A DNA stretch of 64,000 nucleotides from Longimicrobiales bacterium (GCA_965204735.1 OZ242008.1:3424001-3488000), one strand, 5' to 3'; counted from the stretch's first letter, positions 9,236-19,390 are shown. Translations and numbers: made by a program. The notes: generated by a model not told the origin, from the letters alone.

Positions 9236-10495
9236 TCACGGCATCGGCGGCGCCTGCAGGAACTCGGTGGCGGGGGTCCACCGACCGCCTTCGACCCGGA
9301 AGAGGCGAAGTCCCTTGGCGCCCCGGTGGTCGTCGGGGGTGAAGGTCAGGGGAACCGTGACGCCGCCCATGTCGAAGTCGGCGAAGCTCTCCAGCTCGGC
9401 CTTGACGGCGGCGCCCGTCGGCTCCTGGCCGGACGCGACCACTCGGCGCATCGCCTCGCCGAAGACGGCGATCGTCCACCACCCCTGCACGTAGGCGTTG
9501 GTCTTGCCCTCCGGCGACTCTCCCCTCGCCTCCAGGTGCTCCAGGATCACCCGGGTTCCGGGCACGTCCACGGTGAGCGGCGCGTAGGGCACCGTCCCCA
9601 GCATCTCTTCGGCCGCGTCGCCCGCCAGTCGCACGAGGAGGGCGTTGGCGCACCAGTTGAGGCACACGAAGGTCTGGTCCATGCCCAGGCTCTGGGCGTC
9701 CCGAAGGGCTTGGGCCGCAGGTCCCGACGTGTTCTGGATCACGACGTAGCGGGCGCCGCGCCGGCGGATGCGGGAGAGCTCCGCCGTGTAGTCCACCGCG
9801 CCCCGAGGCATCTCGTGCAGCCCAAGGTCGATCCCCCTGGACTCGGCGTAGCGGGCGCCGCCTTGCCGCGCCGGCGAAAGGCCGAAGGGGCTGGCGTTGT
9901 GCAAGAGGGCGACGACGGGCGATCCGCCTTCGCCGGCGGCTTGGTGGTCGCGCGCGATCCAGTCCAGGGCGATCCGGAACTGGTCGCTGTAGCTGGTGGC
10001 CACGAGGAAGTTGTACGGAGCCTCGTTCGGGTCGCCCAGGCGGTGGGACAGGGAGGCCGAGCTGAAGGGGATGCGATCGTCGGCCACCCTCGCGTGGAGC
10101 GCCTCCGTGTCGCCCGTGCCCCAGCCCATGAACGCGACGACGCCCCGGCCCGCCATGCGGCTGTACGCCTGCTCCGCCCTGGCCACGTCGTAGGCGTAGT
10201 CCTCCCAGTCCAGGTCGATCCGGCGACCCTCGATCCCGCCCCGGCCGTTGGTCCACTCGACCCAGGCCATCATGCCGTTGGCGTAGTCCGTGCCCACGTC
10301 GGCGGTCGGGCCGGTGAGGTCGAAGACGGCGCCGATCCAGATCGCTCCGCTGCCGTCGTCGGCCCCGCCGCAGCCGGCGGTCGCCAACGCTCCGGCCAAG
10401 CACAGCGTCGCTGCCGACCGCGAACGGATGGCGCGGCCCGATGCGAGCGCGCGCAAGCCCCGAGGGAGCCTGCGGACTCCGGTCGTCTTCTTCAT
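9236..10495 (-). CDS. ABC transporter substrate-binding lipoprotein (Leu/Ile/Val-binding family)
   Basis: Lipobox-like LATAGC, DLTGPTADVG, GWGTGDTE; operon context. Confidence 0.88.
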   Translation of the reverse strand: MKKTTGVRRLPRGLRALASGRAIRSRSAATLCLAGALATAGCGGADDGSGAIWIGAVFDLTGPTADVGTDYANGMMAWVEWTNGRGGIEGRRIDLDWEDYAYDVARAEQAYSRMAGRGVVAFMGWGTGDTEALHARVADDRIPFSSASLSHRLGDPNEAPYNFLVATSYSDQFRIALDWIARDHQAAGEGGSPVVALLHNASPFGLSPARQGGARYAESRGIDLGLHEMPRGAVDYTAELSRIRRRGARYVVIQNTSGPAAQALRDAQSLGMDQTFVCLNWCANALLVRLAGDAAEEMLGTVPYAPLTVDVPGTRVILEHLEARGESPEGKTNAYVQGWWTIAVFGEAMRRVVASGQEPTGAAVKAELESFADFDMGGVTVPLTFTPDDHRGAKGLRLFRVEGGRWTPATEFLQAPPMP

Positions 10496-10534
10496 TTGCT
10501 TGCTCCCCGGTGGGTCACGACGCGCGGGTGGAAG

Positions 10535-11608
10535 TCAGGACGCGCGGGTCTCGCCGCGACGGTACGCGAACGGCCACACGTGAAAGTAGTCTTTCACGTT
10601 CCCCCACAGCTTGGACAGCCCCTTCGGCTCGAAGACGAGGAAGAGGACGATCACCACGCCGAAGACGGCTTGCTGCACGTAGGGAAGCTGGGCCGCGAGC
10701 TGGGGCGCCGCGTCGCGGAGGGCGCGCCCCGCGCCGGCGATCGTCGCCGGCAGGAGGGTGAGGAGGGCCGCCCCGAAGAAGGAGCCGCGGATCGTGCCCA
10801 GACCGCCCACGATGATCATCGCCAGGTAGACGACGCTCGTCTCCAGCGTGAAGCGCTCCCACGCCACGATGTTGCGGTAGTAGGCCGTCAGGGCGCCCGC
10901 CAGCCCGACGAAGAACGACGACGTGGCGAACGCCAGCAGCTTGTGCTTGAAGGCGTCCACGCCGATCACGCCGGCGGCCACGTCCTGGTCCCGGATCGCC
11001 ACGAACGCCCGCCCGGTCCGGCTGCGGAAGAGGTTCGCGGCGAAGAGGGCCGTGCCCGCGGCCGCCGCGACCCCCAGCCAGTAGAACTCGAAGCCTCCGT
11101 TCAGCCGCGCGCCGAAGAGACGAGGCGCCGGCGCCACCACGGCTTCGGTGCCGCCGGTGACCGCGGTCCAGTGGGTGACCGTCCACTCGGCGATCTCCTG
11201 GGCCGCCAGCGTGGCGACGGCCAAGTACAGTCCCTTCAGCCGGAGCGACGGCAGGCCGAAGAAGACGCCCACCGCCGCCGCCAGCAGGCACGCCAGCACG
11301 ATGCCGACCCCCCATGGCACTCCCCACTTCAGCGTCGTCAGCGCCGCGCCGTAGGCGCCGACGGCCATGAACGCGCCCTGGCCCAGGGAGATCTGGCCCG
11401 TGTAGCCCACCAGGATGTTCAGCCCGATGGCGCCGACCGTGGCGATGGCGACCTGGTTGGCCAAGTCCAGCCAATAGCCGGATGCGACGAAGGGGAACGC
11501 GACCACCGCCGCCGCGAAGAGCCCGAGTCGGATCCGCTGCGCCGGGCGGGGCCGCAGTCCCATCGCCGATTCGTAGCCGACGTGGCGGACGCCGCACTCC
11601 AGGCTCAT
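10535..11608 (-). CDS. livM: ABC transporter permease (LivM-like)
   Basis: GLNILVGYTGQISLGQ, LRLKGLYLAVATL, MIIVGGLG. Confidence 0.9.
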   Translation of the reverse strand: MSLECGVRHVGYESAMGLRPRPAQRIRLGLFAAAVVAFPFVASGYWLDLANQVAIATVGAIGLNILVGYTGQISLGQGAFMAVGAYGAALTTLKWGVPWGVGIVLACLLAAAVGVFFGLPSLRLKGLYLAVATLAAQEIAEWTVTHWTAVTGGTEAVVAPAPRLFGARLNGGFEFYWLGVAAAAGTALFAANLFRSRTGRAFVAIRDQDVAAGVIGVDAFKHKLLAFATSSFFVGLAGALTAYYRNIVAWERFTLETSVVYLAMIIVGGLGTIRGSFFGAALLTLLPATIAGAGRALRDAAPQLAAQLPYVQQAVFGVVIVLFLVFEPKGLSKLWGNVKDYFHVWPFAYRRGETRAS

Positions 11609-11624
11609 CGGCCTCGGCTCCTCC

Positions 11625-12497
11625 TCATACGCGCTCGACGATCTCCTTCCCGAAGAGCCCGTAGGGACGCACCATCAGCACGGCCACCAGCGCCACGTAG
11701 GGAACCACCAGGCTCAGGCCGTGGCCCACGTAGCCGCCTGCGTACACCTCCAGCAGGCCGATCGCCACACCGCCGATCACGGCCCCGCCGATCGAGTCGA
11801 GCCCGCCCAGGATCACCACCGGAAAGACCCGCAGCCCGATCGCCGAGACGTTGGGGCTGACCCCCACCACGTTCGCCAGCATGACGCCGCCGACCGCCGC
11901 CGAGGCCGCCGCCAGTCCCCACGCCACGCCGAAGGTTCGGGGAATGCTGATCCCCATGCTCATGGCCGCCTGCTGGTCGTCGGCCACCGCCCGCATGGCG
12001 ATCCCGTCGCGTGCGTGGCGGAAGAAGAGCCCCAGCGCCGCCAGGACCGCCAGCGCGATGGGGATCGAGAGGAGCCGCTCCGCCGACACCACGGCGGGTC
12101 CCAGCGTCACGGCGCCGCCGGGCAGGAAGGAGTCGAAGGAACGGGGGCTCGGACCCCACGTCGCGTTCACCAAGGCCCGCAGGACGCTGGAGAGCCCGAT
12201 CGTGGCCATCACCATGGAGATGACGGGCTCGCCCACCAGGGGCCGCAGCACCAGTCGCTCCACCGCCAAGCCCGCGGCCACCGCCAGCAGCACCGTGGCC
12301 AGCACGCCCGCGCTCCACGGGAGGCCGACCTGGGCCAGCGCGAAGAAGGTCAGGTACGTGCCCAGCAGGAGGAGGTCGCCCTGGGCGAAGTTGATGACGT
12401 CGCTGGCCTTGTAGACGACGACGAAGCCGGCGGCCGCCAGGGCGTAGATCATGCCGGCGCTCAGGCCGGACACGGTCAGCTGGAGGAAGACGTCCAC
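11625..12497 (-). CDS. livH: ABC transporter permease (LivH-like)
   Basis: VINFAQG, AMRAVADD, VVILGGLDS, RPYGLFG. Confidence 0.9.
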   Translation of the reverse strand: MDVFLQLTVSGLSAGMIYALAAAGFVVVYKASDVINFAQGDLLLLGTYLTFFALAQVGLPWSAGVLATVLLAVAAGLAVERLVLRPLVGEPVISMVMATIGLSSVLRALVNATWGPSPRSFDSFLPGGAVTLGPAVVSAERLLSIPIALAVLAALGLFFRHARDGIAMRAVADDQQAAMSMGISIPRTFGVAWGLAAASAAVGGVMLANVVGVSPNVSAIGLRVFPVVILGGLDSIGGAVIGGVAIGLLEVYAGGYVGHGLSLVVPYVALVAVLMVRPYGLFGKEIVERV

Positions 12498-12500
12498 CGG

Positions 12501-14552
12501 TCAGGGCGCGGCGGCGGACGGGGCCGCAACCGTCTCGATGCGCAGGTCGTGCTCGACCACCGCCGTGCGCCCGTCCTGGTAGGCGATCTCGGCCTCGACC
12601 CGCACCGAGTCGCCGTCGCCGTGCAGCGCGTCCACGAGGTCCCGGAAGCGGTCGGCCACGTGGCGGCGGCGGACCTTGCGGGTGCGGGTGAGCTCGGCGT
12701 CGTCGGCGTGGAGCTCCTTGTGCAGCAAGAGGAAGCGGCGGATGCGGGCGGCCGCCGGCAGCTCCCGGTTGACCTCTGCCACGTGACGGCGCACCAGGTC
12801 GTACACCTCCGGCTTGCGCGCCAGGTCGGTGAAGGTGGTGTAGGCGATTCGCCGCCGCTCGGCCCACTGGCCCGCGTGCTCCATGTCGATCGCGATCATC
12901 GCGGTCGCGAAGGCCAAGTCGTCGCCTGCGTCGTGGCTTCGGTCGTCGCCTTGTTCGTCGGCCTGGTCGTGGCCCCGGTCGTCGCTTCGGTCTTCGCTCC
13001 GGTTGTCGGCCCGACCGCCAGCCCGATCTTCGCCCCGGTCCCCGCCGAAGACGACCGCCTCTCGCACGTAGGGGCTGAACTTCAGCTTGTTCTCGACGAA
13101 CTGGGGCGAGAAGAGCTCGCCGTTGGGCAGGCGCGTCACGTCGGCCAGGCGGTCGATCACCACCAGGTGGCCGTCGTCGAAGCGGCCGGCGTCGCCGGAG
13201 CGGAGCCAGCCGTCGTCCAGCGCTTCCCGGGTGGCCTCCGGGTCGCGAAAGTAGCCTTGGAAGACAGCCGGGCTGCGACAGAGGATCTCGCCTTCCTCCG
13301 AGATGCGGACCTCGGTGTCGGGGAGGGGCGTGCCGACGGTCTGGAAGCGTACGTCGCCGTCCCGGTGCACGACCGAGATCCCCGACACCTCGGTTTGGCC
13401 GTAGAGCTGCTTCAGGTTGACGCCCACGGCGTGAAAGAATCGGAAGACGTCCGGCCCCAGCGCCGCGCCGCCGGTGTACGCCCTGCGCACCCGGTCCAGG
13501 CCCAGCTGGTCGCGGATCGGCCGGAGGACCAGCCAGTCGGCCAAGCGGCGTCGCGTTCGCGCCCGTCGGCTCTCGGTCCGGCCCGCGAAGCGCGCGTCGG
13601 CCGACGCGCGGCCCGCCTTCATCGCCCAGCGGTAGGCGCGGCGCTTGAGGGGCGTGGAGTCCTGGGCCATCACCTGCACGTCCGACACCATCGTCTCCCA
13701 GATGCGGGGCGGCGACATGACCGCCTGGGGTCCGATCTCGCGCAGGTCCTTGCGCACGGTCTCCGCCTCCTCGGGGAAGTTGACCACGAACCCGACCGTG
13801 AGCGCCGCCGACACCGACACCATCTGCTCGCCGATCCACGCCAGGGGCAGGAACGACACGAAGTCGTCGTCGGGCGTCATCGGGTCGGCCCTTTGCAGCT
13901 GGTCCGCCATCGCCAGGAGGTTGGCGTGGGAGAGCATCGCCAGCTTGGGCCGGCTGGTGGTGCCGGAGGTCGTGCACAGGAGGGCGACGTCGTCGGGCTC
14001 GACCGTCGCCGCCTTGCGGGCGAATGCGTCCGGCGCGTGGGCGTGGGCTTCGGCGCCCAGGGCTTCCACGGCCTCGAAGCGGGCCAGGCCGGGCGCTTCG
14101 TAGCCGTGCATCCCCCGGTCGTCGTAGTGGACGACGTGTTCCAGCTCGGGCAGCCCGTCCCGCACTTCCAGCACCTTGTCCACCTGCTCCTGGTCCTCGG
14201 CGACCACGACCCGGGGCGACGCCGCCTCAAGCAGCCCGGCCAGCTCCGCCGCCACGGCGTCCTGGTACAGCCCCAGGGGGAGGGCGCCCAGGCTCTGGGC
14301 CGCCAGCTGGGAGATCGTCCACTCGGGCCGGTTGTCGCCCACGATTGCGATGCGGTCGCCCTTGCGGACGCCCAGCGCGTCCAGTCCCAGGGAGAAGCGC
14401 CGGACCCGGGCCAGGTAGCCCGCCCAGGTGATCTCTTGCCAGATGCCGAACTCCTTCTCGCGCAGGGCGACGCGGCGGGGGGTCCGTTGGGCGTGGCGGG
14501 CCAGGAGGCCCGGGAGGGTGTCGGCGGAGGCGGTCGACCGGTCGCCGCTCAC
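12501..14552 (-). CDS. Long-chain fatty acid-CoA ligase (AMP-binding)
   Basis: TSGTTSRPK, LYGQTE, WLRSGDAG; GTG start overlaps the livG stop. Confidence 0.9.
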   Translation of the reverse strand: MSGDRSTASADTLPGLLARHAQRTPRRVALREKEFGIWQEITWAGYLARVRRFSLGLDALGVRKGDRIAIVGDNRPEWTISQLAAQSLGALPLGLYQDAVAAELAGLLEAASPRVVVAEDQEQVDKVLEVRDGLPELEHVVHYDDRGMHGYEAPGLARFEAVEALGAEAHAHAPDAFARKAATVEPDDVALLCTTSGTTSRPKLAMLSHANLLAMADQLQRADPMTPDDDFVSFLPLAWIGEQMVSVSAALTVGFVVNFPEEAETVRKDLREIGPQAVMSPPRIWETMVSDVQVMAQDSTPLKRRAYRWAMKAGRASADARFAGRTESRRARTRRRLADWLVLRPIRDQLGLDRVRRAYTGGAALGPDVFRFFHAVGVNLKQLYGQTEVSGISVVHRDGDVRFQTVGTPLPDTEVRISEEGEILCRSPAVFQGYFRDPEATREALDDGWLRSGDAGRFDDGHLVVIDRLADVTRLPNGELFSPQFVENKLKFSPYVREAVVFGGDRGEDRAGGRADNRSEDRSDDRGHDQADEQGDDRSHDAGDDLAFATAMIAIDMEHAGQWAERRRIAYTTFTDLARKPEVYDLVRRHVAEVNRELPAAARIRRFLLLHKELHADDAELTRTRKVRRRHVADRFRDLVDALHGDGDSVRVEAEIAYQDGRTAVVEHDLRIETVAAPSAAAP

Positions 14553-15364
14553 GCCGCCGTCCCTTCCTGCCGTCCCAGGTAGGCCGCCACCACCGCCGGG
14601 TCGTTCCGCACCTGCTCCGGGCGGCCCTCGGCGATCTTCTTGCCGAAGTCCATGACCGCCACCCGGTCCGCGATGTCCATGATCACGTCGACGGCGTGGT
14701 CCACCACCACCACGGTGACGCCCCACTCCTGGTTCACGTCGAGCACGAAGCGGGCCATCGACTCCTTCTCCTCGGCGTTCATCCCGGCCATCGGCTCGTC
14801 GAGGAGCAGCAGCGTCGGTTCCATGGCGAGGGCGCGCCCCAGCTCCACCAGCTTCTGGTTCCCGTAGGCCAGGGCGCCGACCTCCGATTCGCGGAGCGGC
14901 TCCAGCCGGAGGAAGTCCACGACGCGCTCCACGTGCTTGCGGTGCTCGATCTCGACCCGTCGCTGCCGGCCCCAGTAGAGGCCGCCGGAGAGCACGCCGC
15001 CGCTCATGTGCACGTGGCGGCCCAGCATCAGGTTCTCCAGCACGGTCATGTGCTTGAAGAGCTCGATGTTCTGGAAGGTGCGGGCGATTCCCAGGGCTGC
15101 GATCCGATGGGGCCGCAGGGTGTGCAGGCAGTGGCGGGCGCCGCGCCGGTCCATGGCCGAGATCGACCCTGCGGCGGGCCGGCAGAGCCCCGAGACGCAG
15201 TTGAGCACGCTGGTCTTCCCCGCGCCGTTCGGGCCGATCAGGGCGAAGAGCTCGCCGCGCCGCACCTCCAGGCTGATCCCGGCCAGCGCGGTCACGCCGC
15301 CGAAGCGCAGGACGAGCTCCCGAAGCTGGAGCGCGGGGGAAGGGCGTGCGCGTGCGCTGCTCAT
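14549..15364 (-). CDS. livG: ABC transporter ATP-binding protein (LivG-like)
   Basis: GPNGAGKTS, GIARTFQN, LLLDEPMAG, VVAAYLG. Confidence 0.9.
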   Translation of the reverse strand: MSSARARPSPALQLRELVLRFGGVTALAGISLEVRRGELFALIGPNGAGKTSVLNCVSGLCRPAAGSISAMDRRGARHCLHTLRPHRIAALGIARTFQNIELFKHMTVLENLMLGRHVHMSGGVLSGGLYWGRQRRVEIEHRKHVERVVDFLRLEPLRESEVGALAYGNQKLVELGRALAMEPTLLLLDEPMAGMNAEEKESMARFVLDVNQEWGVTVVVVDHAVDVIMDIADRVAVMDFGKKIAEGRPEQVRNDPAVVAAYLGRQEGTAA

Positions 15365-15549
15365 GGCTCCGAAGGTAGCGACGCGTCCACGGCGCCGGCC
15401 CCTGCGTCGGCGTGGGCGGGGTCGCGGCCTTCGGCAGCCCGGCAGGAGGCCCGTTCATGGTGGCGTAGCCGATCAGAGGAGATGCAGGTAGGATGCTCGA
15501 CGACCGACTGGCGTGGCGTGCCGAACCCTGGCTTGCATTCGTTCAAGGT
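15362..15549 (-). pseudogene. Heavily deleted relic of the AraC + ECF sigma module at 16574-18072
   Basis: Collinear near-identical blocks: 15362-15375=16574-16587, 15462-15482=17153-17173, 15517-15527=17920-17930, 15527-15549~18050-18072. Confidence 0.75.
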
Positions 15550-15579
15550 GATTGCCCACCGCCCGAAGCAGGAACCGTC

Positions 15580-16519
15580 ATGACGAGATTCGAGACCCGC
15601 GCGCAGGGGAAGTCCAGGCCGGGCACCGGACCCTCGACCGACATCCAGGCCGAGACCCGCGCGCAGGGAAAGTCCAGCGGCGCTGCGGCACATTCGGCCC
15701 TTGTCTAGCTTGGCACGCGCGACCTTGCGCAACGTTGCACTGGCCGGGTTGTGGTGCGTCGCAGCGTGCTCCGACGACGCGCAGGAACCGGTCCAGTGGC
15801 ACGACGTCTTCCATGTGGTCAATTCCGTCACTCTCGCCAGCGACGTTCTGGGGCAGCTCCTCGGGGAGAGGGACGCCGGCGCTGATCTCGGTGCTGGGTG
15901 GAGAGCCCCGTTTCCAGCGTCGGCGAAGATGCTGCGGGGCCCCCGGCAAGGGGAGCGCGCCGCCCAGTTGCTTGTCGGTCTTCCGCGGGAGGTGGGCGAT
16001 GTGCCGTATTGGCCCAGCTGGCACAGATCCGTCGGCGCAATTGGTGGCGCGACCGTCTTCGGCGCCAGCAACTTCGTCTACACGATTCGGCAGTACACAT
16101 GGGAAGGAACCGTGCTGGACAGCATCGCGGAGGCGCCGTCCTCGTGGAGGCCGGCTCGGTTGCTCCAAAGGGGAGCCTTCTCCGACCAGAACCACGACGA
16201 GATGCGCGAATACCTGAAGGGAGCCACCTTCGTCGTCGGAATGGCGGCGGTGTCGGACGCCGTGGTCGTCGTTGCGCATGGCCGGTACGTGGACAGCCCG
16301 ACCGACGCCGGGGGGACGGACGAACCTTCGCTTCTCTTCGCTCGCGCTCCGCTCGGCCTGACGGCCGCAACCCAGTACGTCAACGTCTACGATCGCGGCG
16401 CGAGGGTGGTGGCGGACGCCGTCGGCCTCGGAGAGATCGTCGGGTACGGACCTGGCGTGGTCGTGTTCGCCAAGCGAAGGGGTGACGCATACGTGCTGAC
16501 CCAGTATGCGGTCAGCTGA
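15580..16519 (+). CDS. Putative lipoprotein (beta-propeller-like), paralogue of 18254-19390; ATG 15580 is out of frame with the body by one base (alternative TTG start 15701)
   Basis: Lipobox VAAC; PYWPSW resembles PYWSGW of the paralogue; first 28 nt around the ATG identical to 18249-18276. Confidence 0.55.
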
Positions 16520-16565
16520 CACCTGTTCCAGGTTGCCCTCGGCGATCTTCCTGCCGGAGCCCATG
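16520..16565 (-). pseudogene. Fragment of a second livG copy (3' part)
   Basis: 39/46 nt identical to 14609-14654; translates to GRKIAEGNLEQV versus GKKIAEGRPEQV. Confidence 0.75.
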
Positions 16566-16612
16566 GACCTGCACATGGCTCCGAAGGCAGCGGGACTCCG
16601 GGGCGTCGGCCC

Positions 16613-17410
16613 CTACGTCGACGTGGGCGCGGTCGCGGCTTGCAGCAGCCGGGCGGCCACCTCGTCCACGCCGCCCGACCGTCCGAAGGCCGACGGCGGA
16701 CGGCCGAACTCGCGCCGAACGGCCCGCTTGTAGTTGGCGTAGTCGGAGTACGCCAGCGCCAAGGCCACCGCCCCGCGAGGCCGCCCGCTCCACCGGGCCA
16801 GCCGCTCCACGTGGAAGAGCTTCGCCAGCGCCACGAGCTTTCGCGGGGAAGCCAGTCCCCAGGCGGAACAGCGGCGTCTCAACGTGCGCCGGCAACTTCC
16901 GGCGTGCTGCGCCAGCTGGTGGACGCGGCAGGGATCGACCGTGCGCCGAATCAGGCGCTCCACGAGCGGATGGGCTTCCCGCGGGACCACGGCCCGGAGG
17001 CGTTCCGTCAAGCGCCGGACGGAGTCGTAGTCGGCGGCCAGCAGCACGGTCGAGGCGATGCGCAGGAGCCCGTCGTCGCTTCCGGGAGCAAGCAGCGCGA
17101 CCAGAGGGACGCGGACGGCGCCCAGCCCGGCGCGGCGGCGCTCGTCCATGGCGGCGTAGCCGATCAGAGGAGAGGCGGGATGTTCGCGCTGGAAGGAGAG
17201 CATCCCGGACGGCGACGGTCCCTCGGCGCCGTGATGCGGATCCACGAACGCCGGCGATCCGGGGAACTCTCGGGTCAGGCGTCCCAGTTCCCGCCATCCG
17301 GACGCGAACCGCGCGCCGTCGACCAGGCCATGCGCGGCCCCGGAGCGCACGCCGGCCCGGACGCGGGCTCGAAGCCCGGAGTTGCGCTGGAGGACGAGAA
17401 CGGGAGGCAT
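16613..17410 (-). CDS. AraC-type transcriptional regulator
   Basis: C-terminal double HTH pattern (LAQHAGSCRRTLRRRC ... VALALAYSDYANYKRAVRREFGRPPS). Confidence 0.75.
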   Translation of the reverse strand: MPPVLVLQRNSGLRARVRAGVRSGAAHGLVDGARFASGWRELGRLTREFPGSPAFVDPHHGAEGPSPSGMLSFQREHPASPLIGYAAMDERRRAGLGAVRVPLVALLAPGSDDGLLRIASTVLLAADYDSVRRLTERLRAVVPREAHPLVERLIRRTVDPCRVHQLAQHAGSCRRTLRRRCSAWGLASPRKLVALAKLFHVERLARWSGRPRGAVALALAYSDYANYKRAVRREFGRPPSAFGRSGGVDEVAARLLQAATAPTST

Positions 17411-17418
17411 ACCGGCCT

Positions 17419-18040
17419 CTAGGCCCCGGCCTCGGCCAAGAGCATCAGCTCCGCCACGTCTTCCATGCGCCGCAGCTGCTTCAGGCCCCTCTGCACGCGA
17501 GCGCGCACGACCCGTTCGGTCACGCCCAGCTCGCGCGCCGCGTCGGCCGTCGAACGCTCCTCGAGGAAGCGGGCCACGATGGCCTCCCGCTCCGGCTTCC
17601 CCAGTCGGTCCACTGCTGCGCCCGAGTGCCATGGCCCGCTGGTTGCGAGTGCGCTCGTCCGCCTCGTCCGCACCCTCCTGCGACGGCGGCGCCGGCGTGC
17701 GGGCTTCGTCCAGGGGCGTCGTCTGGTCGCGCTTGGCCAAGCGATGCTCCGCCCGGCACACGTTCAGGGTCACGACGGCGGCCCACGCGGCGAACGGGCC
17801 GGAACCGGAGTAGCTGGTGCGCTTCTCGTAGAGGCGAAGCAGGGCCGCTGCCGCCAGCTCCTCCGCTTGCCACGGGTCGCCAGCCCAGAGGCCGACGAGT
17901 CGTTCGACGACAGGCGAGACGTGCCGAACCAAGTCCCGCCACTGGGTTGCTTCGCCGGCATGGACGAGTTCCAGGTCGATCTCGAGTTCCGGGGGGTCGG
18001 AATCCGGTTTCCGGGGCTTGTCGGGCGGGCGGGCGTCCAT
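17419..18040 (-). CDS. ECF sigma-70 factor, split by a single-base frameshift near 17621-17623
   Basis: Region 2 (AEELAAAALLRLY, FAAWAAVVTLNVC) and region 4 (LGKPEREAIVARFLEERSTADAARELG...RARVQRG) in different frames; AGGAGG before ATG 18040. Confidence 0.8.
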
Positions 18041-18253
18041 CGCGGACCTCCTGGCTTGCGTGCGTTCAAGGTTCATGGTTCCCTGTACCCAGCAGGTCCC
18101 GGAAGGTTCCGCGCGGTCCCGAGCGCCGAAGCGCCTGTCCGATTCGGACATACCAAGCGAGCGACGACCGGCGTCTCCCAGGCAGTCGCAACGGGTGGGC
18201 GCCGAAGGGAAGGCCCCGGAAAGCCGCCCACCACCGGCGAGGAGAAGCCCGTC

Positions 18254-19390
18254 ATGACGAGATTCGAGACCCGCGCACAGGGAAGTTCATCGGTGCCGTC
18301 ACGCCGGAACCATCGGGCCGCCACTCTCCTGCTCCTGGCCGCATGCGCCGCCTGCGCGTCGGACCCGGAGGTCGTGGAGCCGTCGGCGGCCGCTTTGACG
18401 CAGGCGGGAACGATTCCCTTGGAGGGCGACGGCAAGCCGCCGCTGCTCGTGCTGGAGGACCTGGCGGTGGACGCCGACGGGAACCTCTTGGTGCTGGACG
18501 GCACCACGGCGCGGATTCACAAGTACGACCCGTCGGGCGAGTACTTGGCGGCCGTATCCGGGCCGGACGGCGCCCCCGTCGCCTTCAAGCAACCGTCGGG
18601 CGGGCGGCCAAGAAGCGTCGTGGTCGGGAGCGACGACTGCCTCTACGTGACCGGCGCCCCTCCAGGGTCGGTGGCGTTCGATCCCGACAGTCCGTCGGGC
18701 GCCGTCGCGCGGATCTCTCCCGACCTCGCCGTGGACACGTTCTTCGCAGTCCAGGGCGTCTACTTTCTCATTGAGCTCCATGCATGGGACCAGAAGCTCG
18801 CAGCGGTGCTCATGCGTCCCGCAGGTCCAGGCAACGAAATCGCAGTGTTCGGATACGACGGGACGCTTCAATCGTCGTTCCACCCTCGCGATCCAAGAAT
18901 GGACAGCCTGCCGTACTGGTCCGGCTGGTTCACTACCCATGCGGGGCCGGCGGGACCAGAACTGGTCGCCGTCAACTCTCTCTATCCGGCGCACCGGTAC
19001 GGTTCAGGGGGAGAGCACAGGGGAACGCTCGGCGGCCCTTCGTCCTCGTTCAGGCTTCCGAGTCAGCCGGAGCGATGGGCGTTCGGCGGACCCGACGGGC
19101 GCGACAACTACGACGCATGGTTGAAGTCCTTCACGACCATCGCCGGAATCCATGCATTGTCGGATTCCTTGGTCGTCGTCGTGCTCGAGGACCTAAACCC
19201 CGAAGAGAGCGCGTTCGCCGAATCCAGCTACCGAGCCGACGTCTTCGACCTGGAGTCCGGCCAAGTTCTGGGACGCGACCTTCCTCTGCCGGGCAGGGTG
19301 GTGGAGGCGGACGAGGTGCTGTACGTCGCCGTGCGGGACCCGGAGCGGGGGTGGCGAGTCGAACTCTTCGATCTGGAGCTGAATCAATGA
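18254..19390 (+). CDS. Lipoprotein, NHL/6-bladed beta-propeller-like
   Basis: Lipobox CAAC; NHL-like DLAVDADGNLLVLDGTTARIHKYDPSG. Confidence 0.7.
   Translation: MTRFETRAQGSSSVPSRRNHRAATLLLLAACAACASDPEVVEPSAAALTQAGTIPLEGDGKPPLLVLEDLAVDADGNLLVLDGTTARIHKYDPSGEYLAAVSGPDGAPVAFKQPSGGRPRSVVVGSDDCLYVTGAPPGSVAFDPDSPSGAVARISPDLAVDTFFAVQGVYFLIELHAWDQKLAAVLMRPAGPGNEIAVFGYDGTLQSSFHPRDPRMDSLPYWSGWFTTHAGPAGPELVAVNSLYPAHRYGSGGEHRGTLGGPSSSFRLPSQPERWAFGGPDGRDNYDAWLKSFTTIAGIHALSDSLVVVVLEDLNPEESAFAESSYRADVFDLESGQVLGRDLPLPGRVVEADEVLYVAVRDPERGWRVELFDLELNQ

Noticed and set aside
7063..15364. liv-type ABC transporter with two CoA ligases as a novel system
   Set aside because: This is a common arrangement for uptake and activation of fatty or aromatic acids.
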